Assembly (NCBI GenBank): GCA_045863295.1 | Contig: BTWA01000033.1 | Coordinates: forward strand, 1 to 64,000 | Length of the DNA: 64,000 bases | Direction of reading: 5' to 3' | DNA from: Candidatus Hydrogenedentota bacterium | GTDB taxonomy: Bacteria > Hydrogenedentota > Hydrogenedentia > Hydrogenedentales > SLHB01 | Part shown: one piece after another, positions 1 through 10,038 of the stretch | Position numbering within the stretch: the stretch's first letter is position 1 | How the letters are laid out: each line of letters begins with the position of its first letter | Translations under genes and position numbers: made by a program | Notes under the pieces: generated by a model | The model's input: the letters and a program-made list of their open reading frames with translations, nothing else | What the model was told of the DNA's origin: nothing | Database searches by the model: none

Positions 1-544
1 TGTCCTGGAAAATGTAGTACCAATGCAGGTTCACATACTCGAAACAACCCAACCGGATCGTGTCCTCGATTACACTGCAATCGGCATGTGTCGAAAAACC
101 CAAATGCCGGATTCGCCCCTGCTTCTTGTATTCAAGCGCCTGATCCAGACAATTCTTGGTCCACTCATGCAACTCCGCATTGTTCACGCCATGGAACGCA
201 AGCAGCTCGATATGGTCCAACTGCAACAGGCTCATGCAATACTCAAATACCTCATGAAATTGCTTGGGATCCTGCGTCGGACCTACTTTCGTCTGCACGA
301 TAATTCTCTCGCGTGGCAATTGCGGCAGGATCTTTCCCAACTGATACTCGCTCGTCCCATAACCGCGCGCAGTCTCAAAATGATTGATCCCCAGTTCAAA
401 GGCGCGCCGCACAGTCGCTTCAAGATTCTGTTGGCTCTCCTCGCTCACATCGTCGCCTGAATTCCAGGATTGCTGAAAGCGCATGCCACCACAACTGATC
501 ACCGGAATCTGTAGTTCCGTCTTGCCAAATCGGCGGTATTTCAT
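1..544 (-). CDS. aldo/keto reductase (partial, runs off the window start)
   Basis: Translated by hand from ATG at 544: MKYRRFGKTELQIPVISCGGMRF...GINHFETARGYGTSE, a typical AKR N-terminus. Absent from the ORF track because it is truncated. Confidence 0.88.
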   Translation of the reverse strand, partial: MKYRRFGKTELQIPVISCGGMRFQQSWNSGDDVSEESQQNLEATVRRAFELGINHFETARGYGTSEYQLGKILPQLPRERIIVQTKVGPTQDPKQFHEVFEYCMSLLQLDHIELLAFHGVNNAELHEWTKNCLDQALEYKKQGRIRHLGFSTHADCSVIEDTIRLGCFEYVNLHWYYIFQD

Positions 545-549
545 ATCAG

Positions 550-1440
550 TTACTTCTCCTGGGTCGCTTGGCCCTTGTCCAAATCAACAGGGCACTCGAC
601 CTCTTGATCCCGGGCTGTCCATTCAGACATTGACCCGTCATACAATTCCACCACGTCATGTCCTGTCAATCTCAGCACGAAATAGCCCACACTCGCCGAC
701 CGGCCGGTATTGCAGTAAGCAATGACCGGCTCACTTTTACCCAGCCCTTTGGCCCCAAGCATCTTCTCGATTGACTCAACCGAAATAAACGTATTGCTCG
801 GACCCTCCACGAACGTCGACTCCGGCAAGTTGACAGCCGAAGGAATGTGCCCTGCCTTCGAGGCCGACTTCGCCTGCTTTGCGCCGGAAAACTCTTCCTC
901 CGATCGAAAATCAGCCAAACCCTGGCGGATTTTCACCCTGGCTTTGACTTCGTCCAACGTGGCCAATCGATCTTCCTGCGGCTTGAGCGATTCCGTAGAT
1001 ACCGGCACCGGTTCCTTCGCCCCTGTCTCCAAGGAAAGCCCGTCCGCTTTCCATTTGGCCAGACCACCATCCAGTAACGAGACCCGCTCGTACCCCATGT
1101 ACTCGAGAATCCAGAAAAGCCGGGTGGCGCGCTTCACATCGTCAGGCCTCTCGAACCCACTGTAAACGACGATGTGTCTTGTGGGATCTACCCCCTGCAT
1201 ACCCAGCGCCGTGGCGATGTCGATGAACGGTCCAAGCAGCCCAACCACCCCGTCACGCTCCTCCGACAACGCATACGCATCAACCTGCACCGCCCCCGGT
1301 ATATGACCCGCTGCATAATCGTCAAGCGGACGAGCATCCACAAATAACACATTCGCTAGTCCTTGTGCCTGCGTAGCGGATAACAACAATTGTTCCGGTG
1401 GCAGAGCTACAACCAAAAGAGAAAAGGCGAATGCCAGCAT
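550..1440 (-). CDS. tandem-domain rhodanese/sulfurtransferase with an N-terminal signal-like peptide
   Basis: Two GHIPxA motifs, active-site YCNTGRSA and LYDGSMSEW. Start placed at 1440 behind an AAGGAGG RBS. Confidence 0.9.
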   Translation of the reverse strand: MLAFAFSLLVVALPPEQLLLSATQAQGLANVLFVDARPLDDYAAGHIPGAVQVDAYALSEERDGVVGLLGPFIDIATALGMQGVDPTRHIVVYSGFERPDDVKRATRLFWILEYMGYERVSLLDGGLAKWKADGLSLETGAKEPVPVSTESLKPQEDRLATLDEVKARVKIRQGLADFRSEEEFSGAKQAKSASKAGHIPSAVNLPESTFVEGPSNTFISVESIEKMLGAKGLGKSEPVIAYCNTGRSASVGYFVLRLTGHDVVELYDGSMSEWTARDQEVECPVDLDKGQATQEK

Positions 1441-1473
1441 ATAGACCTCCTTACTCGCCAACTACGGGCGAAT

Positions 1474-3354
1474 CTACGCTGCGCTATCTTGATCCTTGTA
1501 CTGCAGGCGGTATAGGGTCCAATACAATCCACGCTGGGCAAGTAACTCGCGATGCGTGCCGGATTCCCTAATTTCGCCGTGATGCATTACAATGATGCGA
1601 TCGCAATGCTGCACGGTCGAGAGCCGGTGGGCAATCACCAGGGATGTACGCCCTTCCATCAATTTTATGATTGCATCCTGAATAAGTGCTTCAGTCGCGG
1701 TGTCCACGTTTGACGTCGCTTCGTCAAGCACCAGGATATCCGGATCATGTGCCAACGCCCGAGCAAAAGCCAGCAATTGCCGTTGACCTGTCGAAAGGTT
1801 GCATCCCCGTTCACCCACGTCGTAGTCATATTTCCCCGGCAACGCATCAATGAAGCGCGACGCATTCACATACTCCGCGCATGATCGCACCTTCTCATCG
1901 GAAATGGCATCGTCCCCCAGACGGATATTAAACCCAACCGTTCCAGAGAACATGAACACGTCCTGCAATACAACGCCAATCCTGCGCCGCAACGAAGTCT
2001 TCTCATAATCCCGCACGTTCACCCCATCAATAAGAATATTACCGGACTGGATGTCGTAGAATCGGCTCAACAGATTGGCGATGGTCGTCTTTCCGGCGCC
2101 AGTATGCCCCACGATGGCCACACGCTCGCCCGGCGCTATTGAAAAGGAAATGCCCTTCAAGACCGGGCGCGCAGGGTCGTAACCAAAAACCACATCATCA
2201 AAAACAATATCACCTCGCAACGATGCCGCCTCCACCGGCGAAGCCGCATTCGGAACGTCATCCGGCGTATCCAGCAACTCGAAGATGCGCTCGGAAGCCG
2301 CCATGGCCTCCAGCAGCATGTTATACCGGTCCGCCAGCGCCCGTATCGGTGTGAATAGCCGCTCGGACCAATACACAAAAGCAATCAGGATCCCAAGTGA
2401 AAAAGTCCCGGTGCCGGCCGTCATACGCGCGAGAATATCCGCCCCATGATACCAGATGATCAGTGCCAATGAGAGTGTGCCTAGAAAATCCACAACGGGA
2501 AAATAATAGGCAAAGTAACGAATCTGCCGAAACCATTCGTCGCGGTGACTGGCATTCTTATCCCTGTATTCTTCGTAGTTCTTATGCTCCCTGTTGAAGA
2601 TCTGGACCACTCGCATTCCAGAAACGTTCTCCTGCAAATACGAGTTAAGAACCGCAATCTTTCTGCGTATCTCAAGATACGATCGCCGGGAATACTTGCG
2701 AAACAAGTAGCTGGTCAAAAATACAAACGGCACGGTGCTCAGCGTAATTACCGTGAGCGGTATACTCGCCCAAAGCATAAACGCAAGCACCACGGCGATA
2801 GTAACTAGATCGCTTGCCACTTGCACCATTCCCGCAACTACATTGTTTTGTATCTTCTCCACGTCGTTGGTCACACGCGTCATTAAGCGGCCAACCGGAT
2901 GTCGATCGAGAAATGCCAGAGACATCGTCTGAAGATGTTCGAATATACGGACGCGCATCTCCAGCATGGCCTTTTGTCCGATCCAAGCTACAATGACAAG
3001 TTGTGCATACCGGACAAACGTCTCCACCACGAAAAGACCACACAACAAACCAATAAAATGCCCCAGACGTTCCGGGCGTCCCCCCACATCCCCGAGCAGT
3101 TCCCACAAGTACTTGGCCAATCCTGGCTTTGCGTCACCGCCGTTGGAGTCTGCATAGCCGCCAATCGGCCCGTCTATCGCATGCATGATGATTAGCGGCG
3201 AAAAACTACTGATAAGTGAAGCCACCAGCAACAAAGCCACCGCCGCAATAAGCCACGCTTTGTACGGACGGACATAGACCAACAATCGCGCCATGATTCG
3301 CGCGTCGTAAGCCTTCTGCTGTATTTCATCCTCTACGTGAAAACTAGCGCTCAC
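1474..3354 (-). CDS. ABC exporter, fused permease/ATPase (MdlB-like)
   Basis: TM region, Walker A GHTGAGKT, signature LSTGQRQ, Walker B ILVLDEAT. Confidence 0.93.
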   Translation of the reverse strand: MSASFHVEDEIQQKAYDARIMARLLVYVRPYKAWLIAAVALLLVASLISSFSPLIIMHAIDGPIGGYADSNGGDAKPGLAKYLWELLGDVGGRPERLGHFIGLLCGLFVVETFVRYAQLVIVAWIGQKAMLEMRVRIFEHLQTMSLAFLDRHPVGRLMTRVTNDVEKIQNNVVAGMVQVASDLVTIAVVLAFMLWASIPLTVITLSTVPFVFLTSYLFRKYSRRSYLEIRRKIAVLNSYLQENVSGMRVVQIFNREHKNYEEYRDKNASHRDEWFRQIRYFAYYFPVVDFLGTLSLALIIWYHGADILARMTAGTGTFSLGILIAFVYWSERLFTPIRALADRYNMLLEAMAASERIFELLDTPDDVPNAASPVEAASLRGDIVFDDVVFGYDPARPVLKGISFSIAPGERVAIVGHTGAGKTTIANLLSRFYDIQSGNILIDGVNVRDYEKTSLRRRIGVVLQDVFMFSGTVGFNIRLGDDAISDEKVRSCAEYVNASRFIDALPGKYDYDVGERGCNLSTGQRQLLAFARALAHDPDILVLDEATSNVDTATEALIQDAIIKLMEGRTSLVIAHRLSTVQHCDRIIVMHHGEIRESGTHRELLAQRGLYWTLYRLQYKDQDSAA

Positions 3355-5177
3355 GCTTGCTCCTCAAGCTCGTCTTCAAGCAATTGACGCTCATACATCT
3401 CCGCATACAAGCCGCCCTCGGCCAAAAGAGTACTATGCCGGCCGCGCTGCACGATCCGGCCATCGTCAATCACAAGAATCAAATCCGCATGACGCACGGC
3501 CGAAATACGATGGGAAATGATAACGCTGGTACGCGTTGCCATGAATTCTTTCAATCTGACCAGAATCTCCTCTTCCGTATGCGCATCCACGCTCGATAGC
3601 GCATCGTCAAGGATCAAGACATTGGGATCTCGAATCACGGCGCGGGCAATCGTAAGCCGTTGTTTCTGACCACCCGACAGATTCACACCACGTTCACCAA
3701 GCAGCGTTTCATACCGTTGGGGCAACCCCTCAACGGTCTCACTGAACTGCGCAAGTTCAGACGCGCGATCCAACGCAGCCTCGCTCGCTTCCGGCTTGCC
3801 AAACGCAATGTTTTCCCGTATGGTCGCTGAGAACAAAAATCCATCCTGTGGCACAAACCCCATCGAGCCGCGCAGGGCAAGCAATGGCACCTCCCGTACG
3901 TCCATGTCATCCACCAATACGCGCCCAGATGCCGGCTCGAGTTCACGCGTCAAAAGCGCAATCAACGTGGATTTTCCGCTCCCAGTGGGGCCAACGATGG
4001 CCAGGGTCTGCCCAGGTTCCACACGAAAGTCGATGTCGCTCAGCACCACACGGCCATTGTAGGCAAATGAAACGTTTTCAAACCGGATCGCGCCCTTAAC
4101 CGACTGTACATGGCCTCGAGTCACCGTGCTGTCCCGAATCTCGGGCTCTTCCTTCAAGACATCCAGAATGCGGTTCATTGCCGCCGCACCCCGCTGATAA
4201 AGCGTCAGAACCCATCCAAACTGCGCCAATGGCCAGCCCAGTATGGAAAGGCACGTAACAAATCCAAACAGATCGCCCACGGAAAACGGCTTCGATTGAA
4301 TACCCACGTTGCCGCCGTTCCACATAAGCCGGCTCACAGGCTCCTGATCAATCACCATAGTGCCGCCCCGCCAAAGCACGATTACCAGAACACCCCCAAC
4401 CACAAACCCGATTATTGGCCAGACCAACGACATAACTACCGCCAACTTCACGCTCTCACGCATGTATACTCGGGAGTCACGCTCAAAAGCGGCCAGTTCA
4501 ACGCCTGCCACGCCGTACGCCATGACCACTCGTGCGCCGGCCAGGTTCTCCTGAGCGCGCGAACTTATCACCCCAAACTGGTCCTGCACTTTCGTCGACT
4601 GCCGGTGCGAATAGCTCATAAAACCATACACGCAAAGCGACACCAACGGCAGCGGAAGCAATACCCACAGAGAAAGACTTGCGCTTAGGTACACCATTAC
4701 CGCCAGTGTCATGGGAATCTTGACGATGTCCACAGTACCCATGATTCCTGGACCGATAAACTCACGCACATAGTTCAGATCGTTTACGGCACGCGCCATG
4801 ATATCGCCAGTCTTTGTGCGATTGAAGAATGAACGCGAAAGTGTTTGAATGTGCCGGAAATAGTCGTTGCGCAGATCATACTCAAATATGCGCGATGCGC
4901 CTATCATAAGCATGCGCTGCCAATACCGCATGAACCCGGATACCGCCGCAATGCCAACCATGAGAAAAAAGTAGAATACGAGCATCCGCTGAGTCATTGC
5001 GCCCGCGGTAAACCCATCCACGATCGCCCCAATAACGAGAGGCATCGCCAGCCCAATGGCCGAAGATACCAGCGCCAGAGTGGCACCCCCCAAGTAGCGG
5101 CCCGCGTACGGCGAGTTATAGCGCAGCAAGGAAAGAAAAGGGCGTCCTGGGACACCTTTGTGCAGCGGTGTATACAA
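3351..5177 (-). CDS. ABC exporter, fused permease/ATPase (MdlA-like)
   Basis: GPTGSGKS, LSGGQKQ and a degenerate Walker B (LILDDALS) typical of heterodimeric exporters. Overlaps the next gene by 4 nt. Confidence 0.93.
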   Translation of the reverse strand: MYTPLHKGVPGRPFLSLLRYNSPYAGRYLGGATLALVSSAIGLAMPLVIGAIVDGFTAGAMTQRMLVFYFFLMVGIAAVSGFMRYWQRMLMIGASRIFEYDLRNDYFRHIQTLSRSFFNRTKTGDIMARAVNDLNYVREFIGPGIMGTVDIVKIPMTLAVMVYLSASLSLWVLLPLPLVSLCVYGFMSYSHRQSTKVQDQFGVISSRAQENLAGARVVMAYGVAGVELAAFERDSRVYMRESVKLAVVMSLVWPIIGFVVGGVLVIVLWRGGTMVIDQEPVSRLMWNGGNVGIQSKPFSVGDLFGFVTCLSILGWPLAQFGWVLTLYQRGAAAMNRILDVLKEEPEIRDSTVTRGHVQSVKGAIRFENVSFAYNGRVVLSDIDFRVEPGQTLAIVGPTGSGKSTLIALLTRELEPASGRVLVDDMDVREVPLLALRGSMGFVPQDGFLFSATIRENIAFGKPEASEAALDRASELAQFSETVEGLPQRYETLLGERGVNLSGGQKQRLTIARAVIRDPNVLILDDALSSVDAHTEEEILVRLKEFMATRTSVIISHRISAVRHADLILVIDDGRIVQRGRHSTLLAEGGLYAEMYERQLLEDELEEQA

Positions 5178-5179
5178 CT

Positions 5180-8100
5180 TTACGCCTCTTTAGCAAATCG
5201 CAATGTGGGTACGCCGTGCACCAATTCGATAAGATCTTCCGGGCGGAACGGCTTCATTAGGTACCCGTCAGCACCGGACATCTTCTGCTCGCGCAAAGTC
5301 GAGTCAATGGGCTTGGCCGTAATAAAATGTACTCGAATGCCGCTCAATTGAGGCTCGGATTTGATTCGACGGCAGGTCTCCCAACCGTCCATGCCGGGCA
5401 TCGCAATATCCAGCAATACCAATCCGTATTCTCGGCTCCGCAGTCGGCTGATCGCATCGTCCCCGGAAGCGCAACCCTCAACAGTATATCCCTCCGGCTC
5501 AAGGCAACGCGCCACAAATGTTACAATCTCCTGATCGTCGTCCACACACAATATCTTTGAGCCCAACGGCTCACCGGTTTCCGTGCCTTTGTTTAAGGCG
5601 TAATGAACTCCACTCAACAACGCACTCTTGCGAAATCCCCGCTTCACGCGCGCCGCAATCAACGACCGGTATCGTTCATACAAAGCCTCGTCACCAGTCA
5701 ATATGATGATCGGAAGTGCTCCACTCTGCGGATGCGCCAACAATCCATCCAACGTGGATTGACCAAACTCGTCACCTTCCACATCAACCAAGAGACAATC
5801 CGGCGCGTGCCGTTCGCACAACGCTATCGCATGAGTCACATTGCCGGCATGGATCACATCCATACCCTCGGATACCAGCAAATTGCGAACTTGTGCAGAC
5901 AACGAGCGATCCGGCGTAACCAACTCGATCAGAAGGTGCGTCTCTTTCGGAATATCCTCTCCCTCAACCGCGGCCCCGCGTTTCGCCCCGCGAAGCGGCA
6001 ATGTAAACCGAAACGTCGCACCAGACCCCAATTCGCTCGACACCGTTATCCGGCTCCCGTGAAGCCGCGCAATGTCTTGAGCAATCGAAAGGCCAATCCC
6101 CGTTCCGCCATATTTCCGTGTCGAGGAACTGTCATACTGATAGAATCGGGTAAACACCTTGTCCAAGGCTTCCTTCGGAATGCCAATGCCAGTATCAGAG
6201 ACAATGGCCTCGACCGAAGATTCCCCCAACCGCAACTCCACGGTGACCCGTCCGCCACTACAGTTGAACTTTACGGCATTGGACAACAAGTTGTTGAAAA
6301 CCTGCCCCATCTTGCCTTTGTCGCCTTCGACTTCCACCGGGCTGTCCGGAGCGATCAGTTCCAGCTTGATGTCGCGGCTGTCCGCCACCGGCTTCACAAT
6401 CTGCAAACTGGCACGCGCGCAGTCGGTCAAATCAAAGGAGTCAAAAACCAACCGCTCCGTGCCCCTGTGAAGACGCGAGAAATCCAAAAGATTCTCAATA
6501 AGCGTCACTAGCTTCTCGATATTGCGAAGGCTGATCTCAAGATACTCCCGCTGCGTATCATTAACCGGGCCCACCTTCCCATTGAATATCATGTCGGTAT
6601 AACCCATCACCGCCACCAGCGGAGTGCGAAGCTCGTGCGATACATTGGACAAAAGGTTGGTTTTCATCTCGTCCAGCGTCTTCAATTCCTCGTTGGCTTC
6701 ATGCAACTTCTCGCGAGCCCGCGTGACTTCCTCGAGCGATACTTGAAGATTTTCCAGCAATTGCGCATTGCGAATCGCAACAGCTACATGGGGTGCCATC
6801 TGCTCCAGCACATCTACATCGTGCCGGACGAATGCACGCTTGCGTTCTGCGCCGAGATTCATCGTGCCAATAATCCTCCCGGTCGCATAGAGCGGCACGC
6901 AAATGCAACTCTGGGTCTTCTCCGGAAACTGATCCCCGAATTCAAACGGCGCTGTGGCAATGTCGTCGACGAGTAGACACTCCCGGTTCCGCGCTACCCA
7001 ACCGGAACAACTGTCCGGATCGTCCACACGGTATTCCCGCTGCGTGCGCTCCTCGTGCTCAGGCCACAACCGGCGTGAACGGAACATTTCCCCGTCTTCG
7101 TCAAGCAACGCAAGGTCGGCATTATCAAAGTCAACTAACTTCTTTACTTCGACGACAAGGCTTTCGTAAAGACGGCCCGCCTCAAGGCTCGAATTGATCA
7201 CATTCGCAATCTGGTTGATGGCACTCAAACGCTCCGCGCGGTCCCGCGCTTCCTGCTCCAACCGGACATTCTTCGTCACGTCTCGGAAGATGCCTTCCGT
7301 TCCTATCGATTCACCCCGATCGTCGTGCACCAAATTGCCGGACAACTCAACGCAAATCGACCGGCCGTCACGGCGGCGCATCCATACCCGGGATCGCTCC
7401 ACAAACCCGTGGGAATCCAATTCCCCGCGAAACCGCTGCAAATCCGACTTCTCGTGAAACAAGTCGCCCAGCCGAAGACCAAGCGCCTCCTGCAACTGGG
7501 CAAACCCAAATATCTCCGCGCCTGCGGGATTAAGAAACCCGATCACGCCGTCACGGTCCGTCTGAAAAATACCGTCGCGCATCGAAGTCACCAGACTGCG
7601 ATACTTCTCTTCGGATTCCTCCAACTCCATGATGTTGCGCTTTAGGGCCAAGGCCATCTTGTTAAACGACATCGCCAGTTGTTCAATCTCGTCTCCCGTG
7701 CCAATCTTTAACTTCAAATCGAGATCGCCCTGGCCAATAATCTGCGCGCCTTCATTCAACAACAACACCGGACGCACAATATTGTTGTGTACATTGCGGT
7801 ACGCATTGAATGTCATGAACGCGATCATAATGAGACACGTGGCAATTGCCACTCCCGCCCACATGAAAATCTCTTTGTACACGGAGGCCGCGGAACGCGA
7901 AACCGCTACATATACTTCGTTGCCCGGAAAAAGCCGATCCCATGCCAGGAATTGAAAGTCGGCATCGCCGCTCACCAGAAACCGGGCAGTCCGCATATTG
8001 CCGAAATCGTTCGATCCCGACTCTGTGATACGCCTCGCAATCTCGGCTTCTACCTCGCTGTGCAGCAATTCAGGAGGCGATGCATTTGACTTGTCGTTGA

Positions 8101-8794
8101 AGCGCGCTGCCATCAATGCACCGCTTGGAGACCGGTAGAGAACTTGATAAGTGTCCGTCAGCGAGGCGCCGGGATACCGGCCAAGCGTATAAGCCAACAA
8201 TTCGCTGATGTCGAAAATCTCGGAAATATAACCAATGCGGTCCTTGTAATATGGGGAGAAAATGGGTGCCGCAATCTGCGCCACATAGCAATCCCGCTCA
8301 GGAAGGTAGTCGACCCCCACATACGTCGCTTCCGCCAGGGATTTCCACTCGGGTCGCGAGTCGTGCGCACTTCCCACATCCTCGCTCTCCGTTATCAGGT
8401 GCGCGTCGCTGTCGTACAGCAAAAGGATCGATTGCATTCGGCCCGACGATCGGCTCCCGGCAAGCTGAACGATGTGGGCTTTGATGTCTTCAAGGGCCTG
8501 CGGATACTCCAGCACATTGGCTTGACCCTCCGAACGCGGCATTAACGCCGCTATGAACCGCTGGTCCTTGGCAAAGGTCTCCACCGTTTCCAAGTGCATG
8601 GACGCCACCTGACGGATACCTGCCGTCGTAGTACGCGCAAATCCGACAAGCGTCTCTCTTACCGCCGCGCTCTGGGACTCGGTGGCAATGTAGAACCAAA
8701 TAAAAAGTACGAAGAGCAGGGGCACAATCCCGACCCGCCAAATCGACGAGAGGATTTTGCGCTCGATGCCCCTCCGTGGTGGGGATTCATGCAT
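5180..8794 (-). CDS. hybrid sensor histidine kinase (periplasmic sensor-HAMP-PAS-GAF-HisKA-HATPase-REC-REC)
   Basis: Two TM helices, HAMP (GDEIEQLA), H-box SHELRTP, N-box NLLSNAVKF, G-boxes DTGIGI and GGTGIGL, two receiver domains. Confidence 0.95.
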   Translation of the reverse strand: MHESPPRRGIERKILSSIWRVGIVPLLFVLFIWFYIATESQSAAVRETLVGFARTTTAGIRQVASMHLETVETFAKDQRFIAALMPRSEGQANVLEYPQALEDIKAHIVQLAGSRSSGRMQSILLLYDSDAHLITESEDVGSAHDSRPEWKSLAEATYVGVDYLPERDCYVAQIAAPIFSPYYKDRIGYISEIFDISELLAYTLGRYPGASLTDTYQVLYRSPSGALMAARFNDKSNASPPELLHSEVEAEIARRITESGSNDFGNMRTARFLVSGDADFQFLAWDRLFPGNEVYVAVSRSAASVYKEIFMWAGVAIATCLIMIAFMTFNAYRNVHNNIVRPVLLLNEGAQIIGQGDLDLKLKIGTGDEIEQLAMSFNKMALALKRNIMELEESEEKYRSLVTSMRDGIFQTDRDGVIGFLNPAGAEIFGFAQLQEALGLRLGDLFHEKSDLQRFRGELDSHGFVERSRVWMRRRDGRSICVELSGNLVHDDRGESIGTEGIFRDVTKNVRLEQEARDRAERLSAINQIANVINSSLEAGRLYESLVVEVKKLVDFDNADLALLDEDGEMFRSRRLWPEHEERTQREYRVDDPDSCSGWVARNRECLLVDDIATAPFEFGDQFPEKTQSCICVPLYATGRIIGTMNLGAERKRAFVRHDVDVLEQMAPHVAVAIRNAQLLENLQVSLEEVTRAREKLHEANEELKTLDEMKTNLLSNVSHELRTPLVAVMGYTDMIFNGKVGPVNDTQREYLEISLRNIEKLVTLIENLLDFSRLHRGTERLVFDSFDLTDCARASLQIVKPVADSRDIKLELIAPDSPVEVEGDKGKMGQVFNNLLSNAVKFNCSGGRVTVELRLGESSVEAIVSDTGIGIPKEALDKVFTRFYQYDSSSTRKYGGTGIGLSIAQDIARLHGSRITVSSELGSGATFRFTLPLRGAKRGAAVEGEDIPKETHLLIELVTPDRSLSAQVRNLLVSEGMDVIHAGNVTHAIALCERHAPDCLLVDVEGDEFGQSTLDGLLAHPQSGALPIIILTGDEALYERYRSLIAARVKRGFRKSALLSGVHYALNKGTETGEPLGSKILCVDDDQEIVTFVARCLEPEGYTVEGCASGDDAISRLRSREYGLVLLDIAMPGMDGWETCRRIKSEPQLSGIRVHFITAKPIDSTLREQKMSGADGYLMKPFRPEDLIELVHGVPTLRFAKEA

Positions 8795-9165
8795 GACACC
8801 CTCGGATACGGCCAGACCCGCGCTGGCAACGTCTAACCGGGAAACTGCACGTGTACGACGTCTACCCGCCGTCAGTCAACAACGTCGAAACACAATGAAG
8901 ACAACGCCGCTCGGTAAATCGGCTAAGTCTGCTCCGTGCAGCACTCCACACTTGATTTCATAAACCACACGACAGATTCAGGTTACACCGAGAATCCCAA
9001 ATAGTGACGGTCATGGCGAATTGACTGACAAGACGCACACACTGTAGGCAACACGTGGCTCACGGTATTCATTCACAAAAACTTCGCAAAGCACCGGATC
9101 CAAAATGAGCCCGCGTATCAACAACCAGCCAATCGAGCCCCACACCCTGCCGCGCCAAAATCCTC

Positions 9166-9750
9166 TCAGTCTATCACCCGGCCACGCCCGATGAGATCAC
9201 GAACCTTTTCAAGCAACTGTTCCACCTTGAATGGCTTGGCAAGGTACTCGTCCGCACCACATTCGAAAATGCGTTCAATATCGGACTCTTTCGTCAGACA
9301 GGTCACGGCCATAATAGGCGTGCTCCGCGTCAATTCATTCTCGCGGAGCGCCTTGGACACCTCAAACCCATTGATTTCAGGCATCAGAAAATCCAGCAGT
9401 ATCAAATCAGGTGACAGTTGAGCGGCCTTTAGCCCCACTTCTGTCGCATTGCTCACCTTGATCAGTTCAAATCCCTCATTCGTCAAGATTTTTTCCATCA
9501 ACGAAAGCGCATCCGGGTCGTCGTCCACAACCATCACGCGACGCTTGGATGGACCCTTTTCACGCGGAAACATGTCATACTTATCACGAAATTCGTCCAA
9601 ATCGTTTTCAAGAATCCGGTAGTGCCCTCCAGGCGTACGAGACGCTTTGATAAGCCCCTGTTTGATCCAGTTCTTAATACTGTGGTGAGTTACATGACAA
9701 ATCTTCGCCGCTTCAAATGTTGTGTATGCGCGCTCTTCTCGATCCGCCAA
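9166..9750 (-). CDS. response regulator with N-terminal excisionase-like HTH and C-terminal receiver
   Basis: YTTFEAAKICHV...RTPGGHYRI HTH; VVDDD, LLDFLMP and KPF receiver motifs. TTG start with AGGAGG RBS. Confidence 0.9.
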   Translation of the reverse strand: MADREERAYTTFEAAKICHVTHHSIKNWIKQGLIKASRTPGGHYRILENDLDEFRDKYDMFPREKGPSKRRVMVVDDDPDALSLMEKILTNEGFELIKVSNATEVGLKAAQLSPDLILLDFLMPEINGFEVSKALRENELTRSTPIMAVTCLTKESDIERIFECGADEYLAKPFKVEQLLEKVRDLIGRGRVID

Positions 9751-9840
9751 AGTGAATACCTCCTACCCGAAATCCCTGCGAATTGACGAAAGCGATTTCG
9801 GTGACGTACCTTATTCGCAGTATAAGCACATTGTAAACGA

Positions 9841-9870
9841 ATTGTAGCCGCCAATGAACAGTTTTGTCAA
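9841..9870 (-). promoter_or_regulatory. sigma70-type promoter for the response regulator
   Basis: Minus strand TTGACA (9870-9865), 18 nt, TACAAT (9846-9841). Confidence 0.7.
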
Positions 9871-10038
9871 CTGCACTTTGTTGCTTTTTCTGGAATCCGA
9901 TTCGGCATTCCATCGAACAAGCGCCCGTTCGGAGTATGTTTACCTAAAAAACCCCCACGACGGAACACTAAATCGATCCGAAATCCTACCGATTTCCAAG
10001 GCAATGTACAAAACGAAAGGCGCCAAACCCTCAAGGCG

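Noticed and set aside
23..460. 145-aa plus-strand ORF
   Set aside because: It is the antisense shadow of the minus-strand aldo/keto reductase starting at 544.
8795..9165. 370-nt intergenic gap as an sRNA or small gene
   Set aside because: I found no convincing stem, terminator, RBS-linked ORF or repeat by eye.
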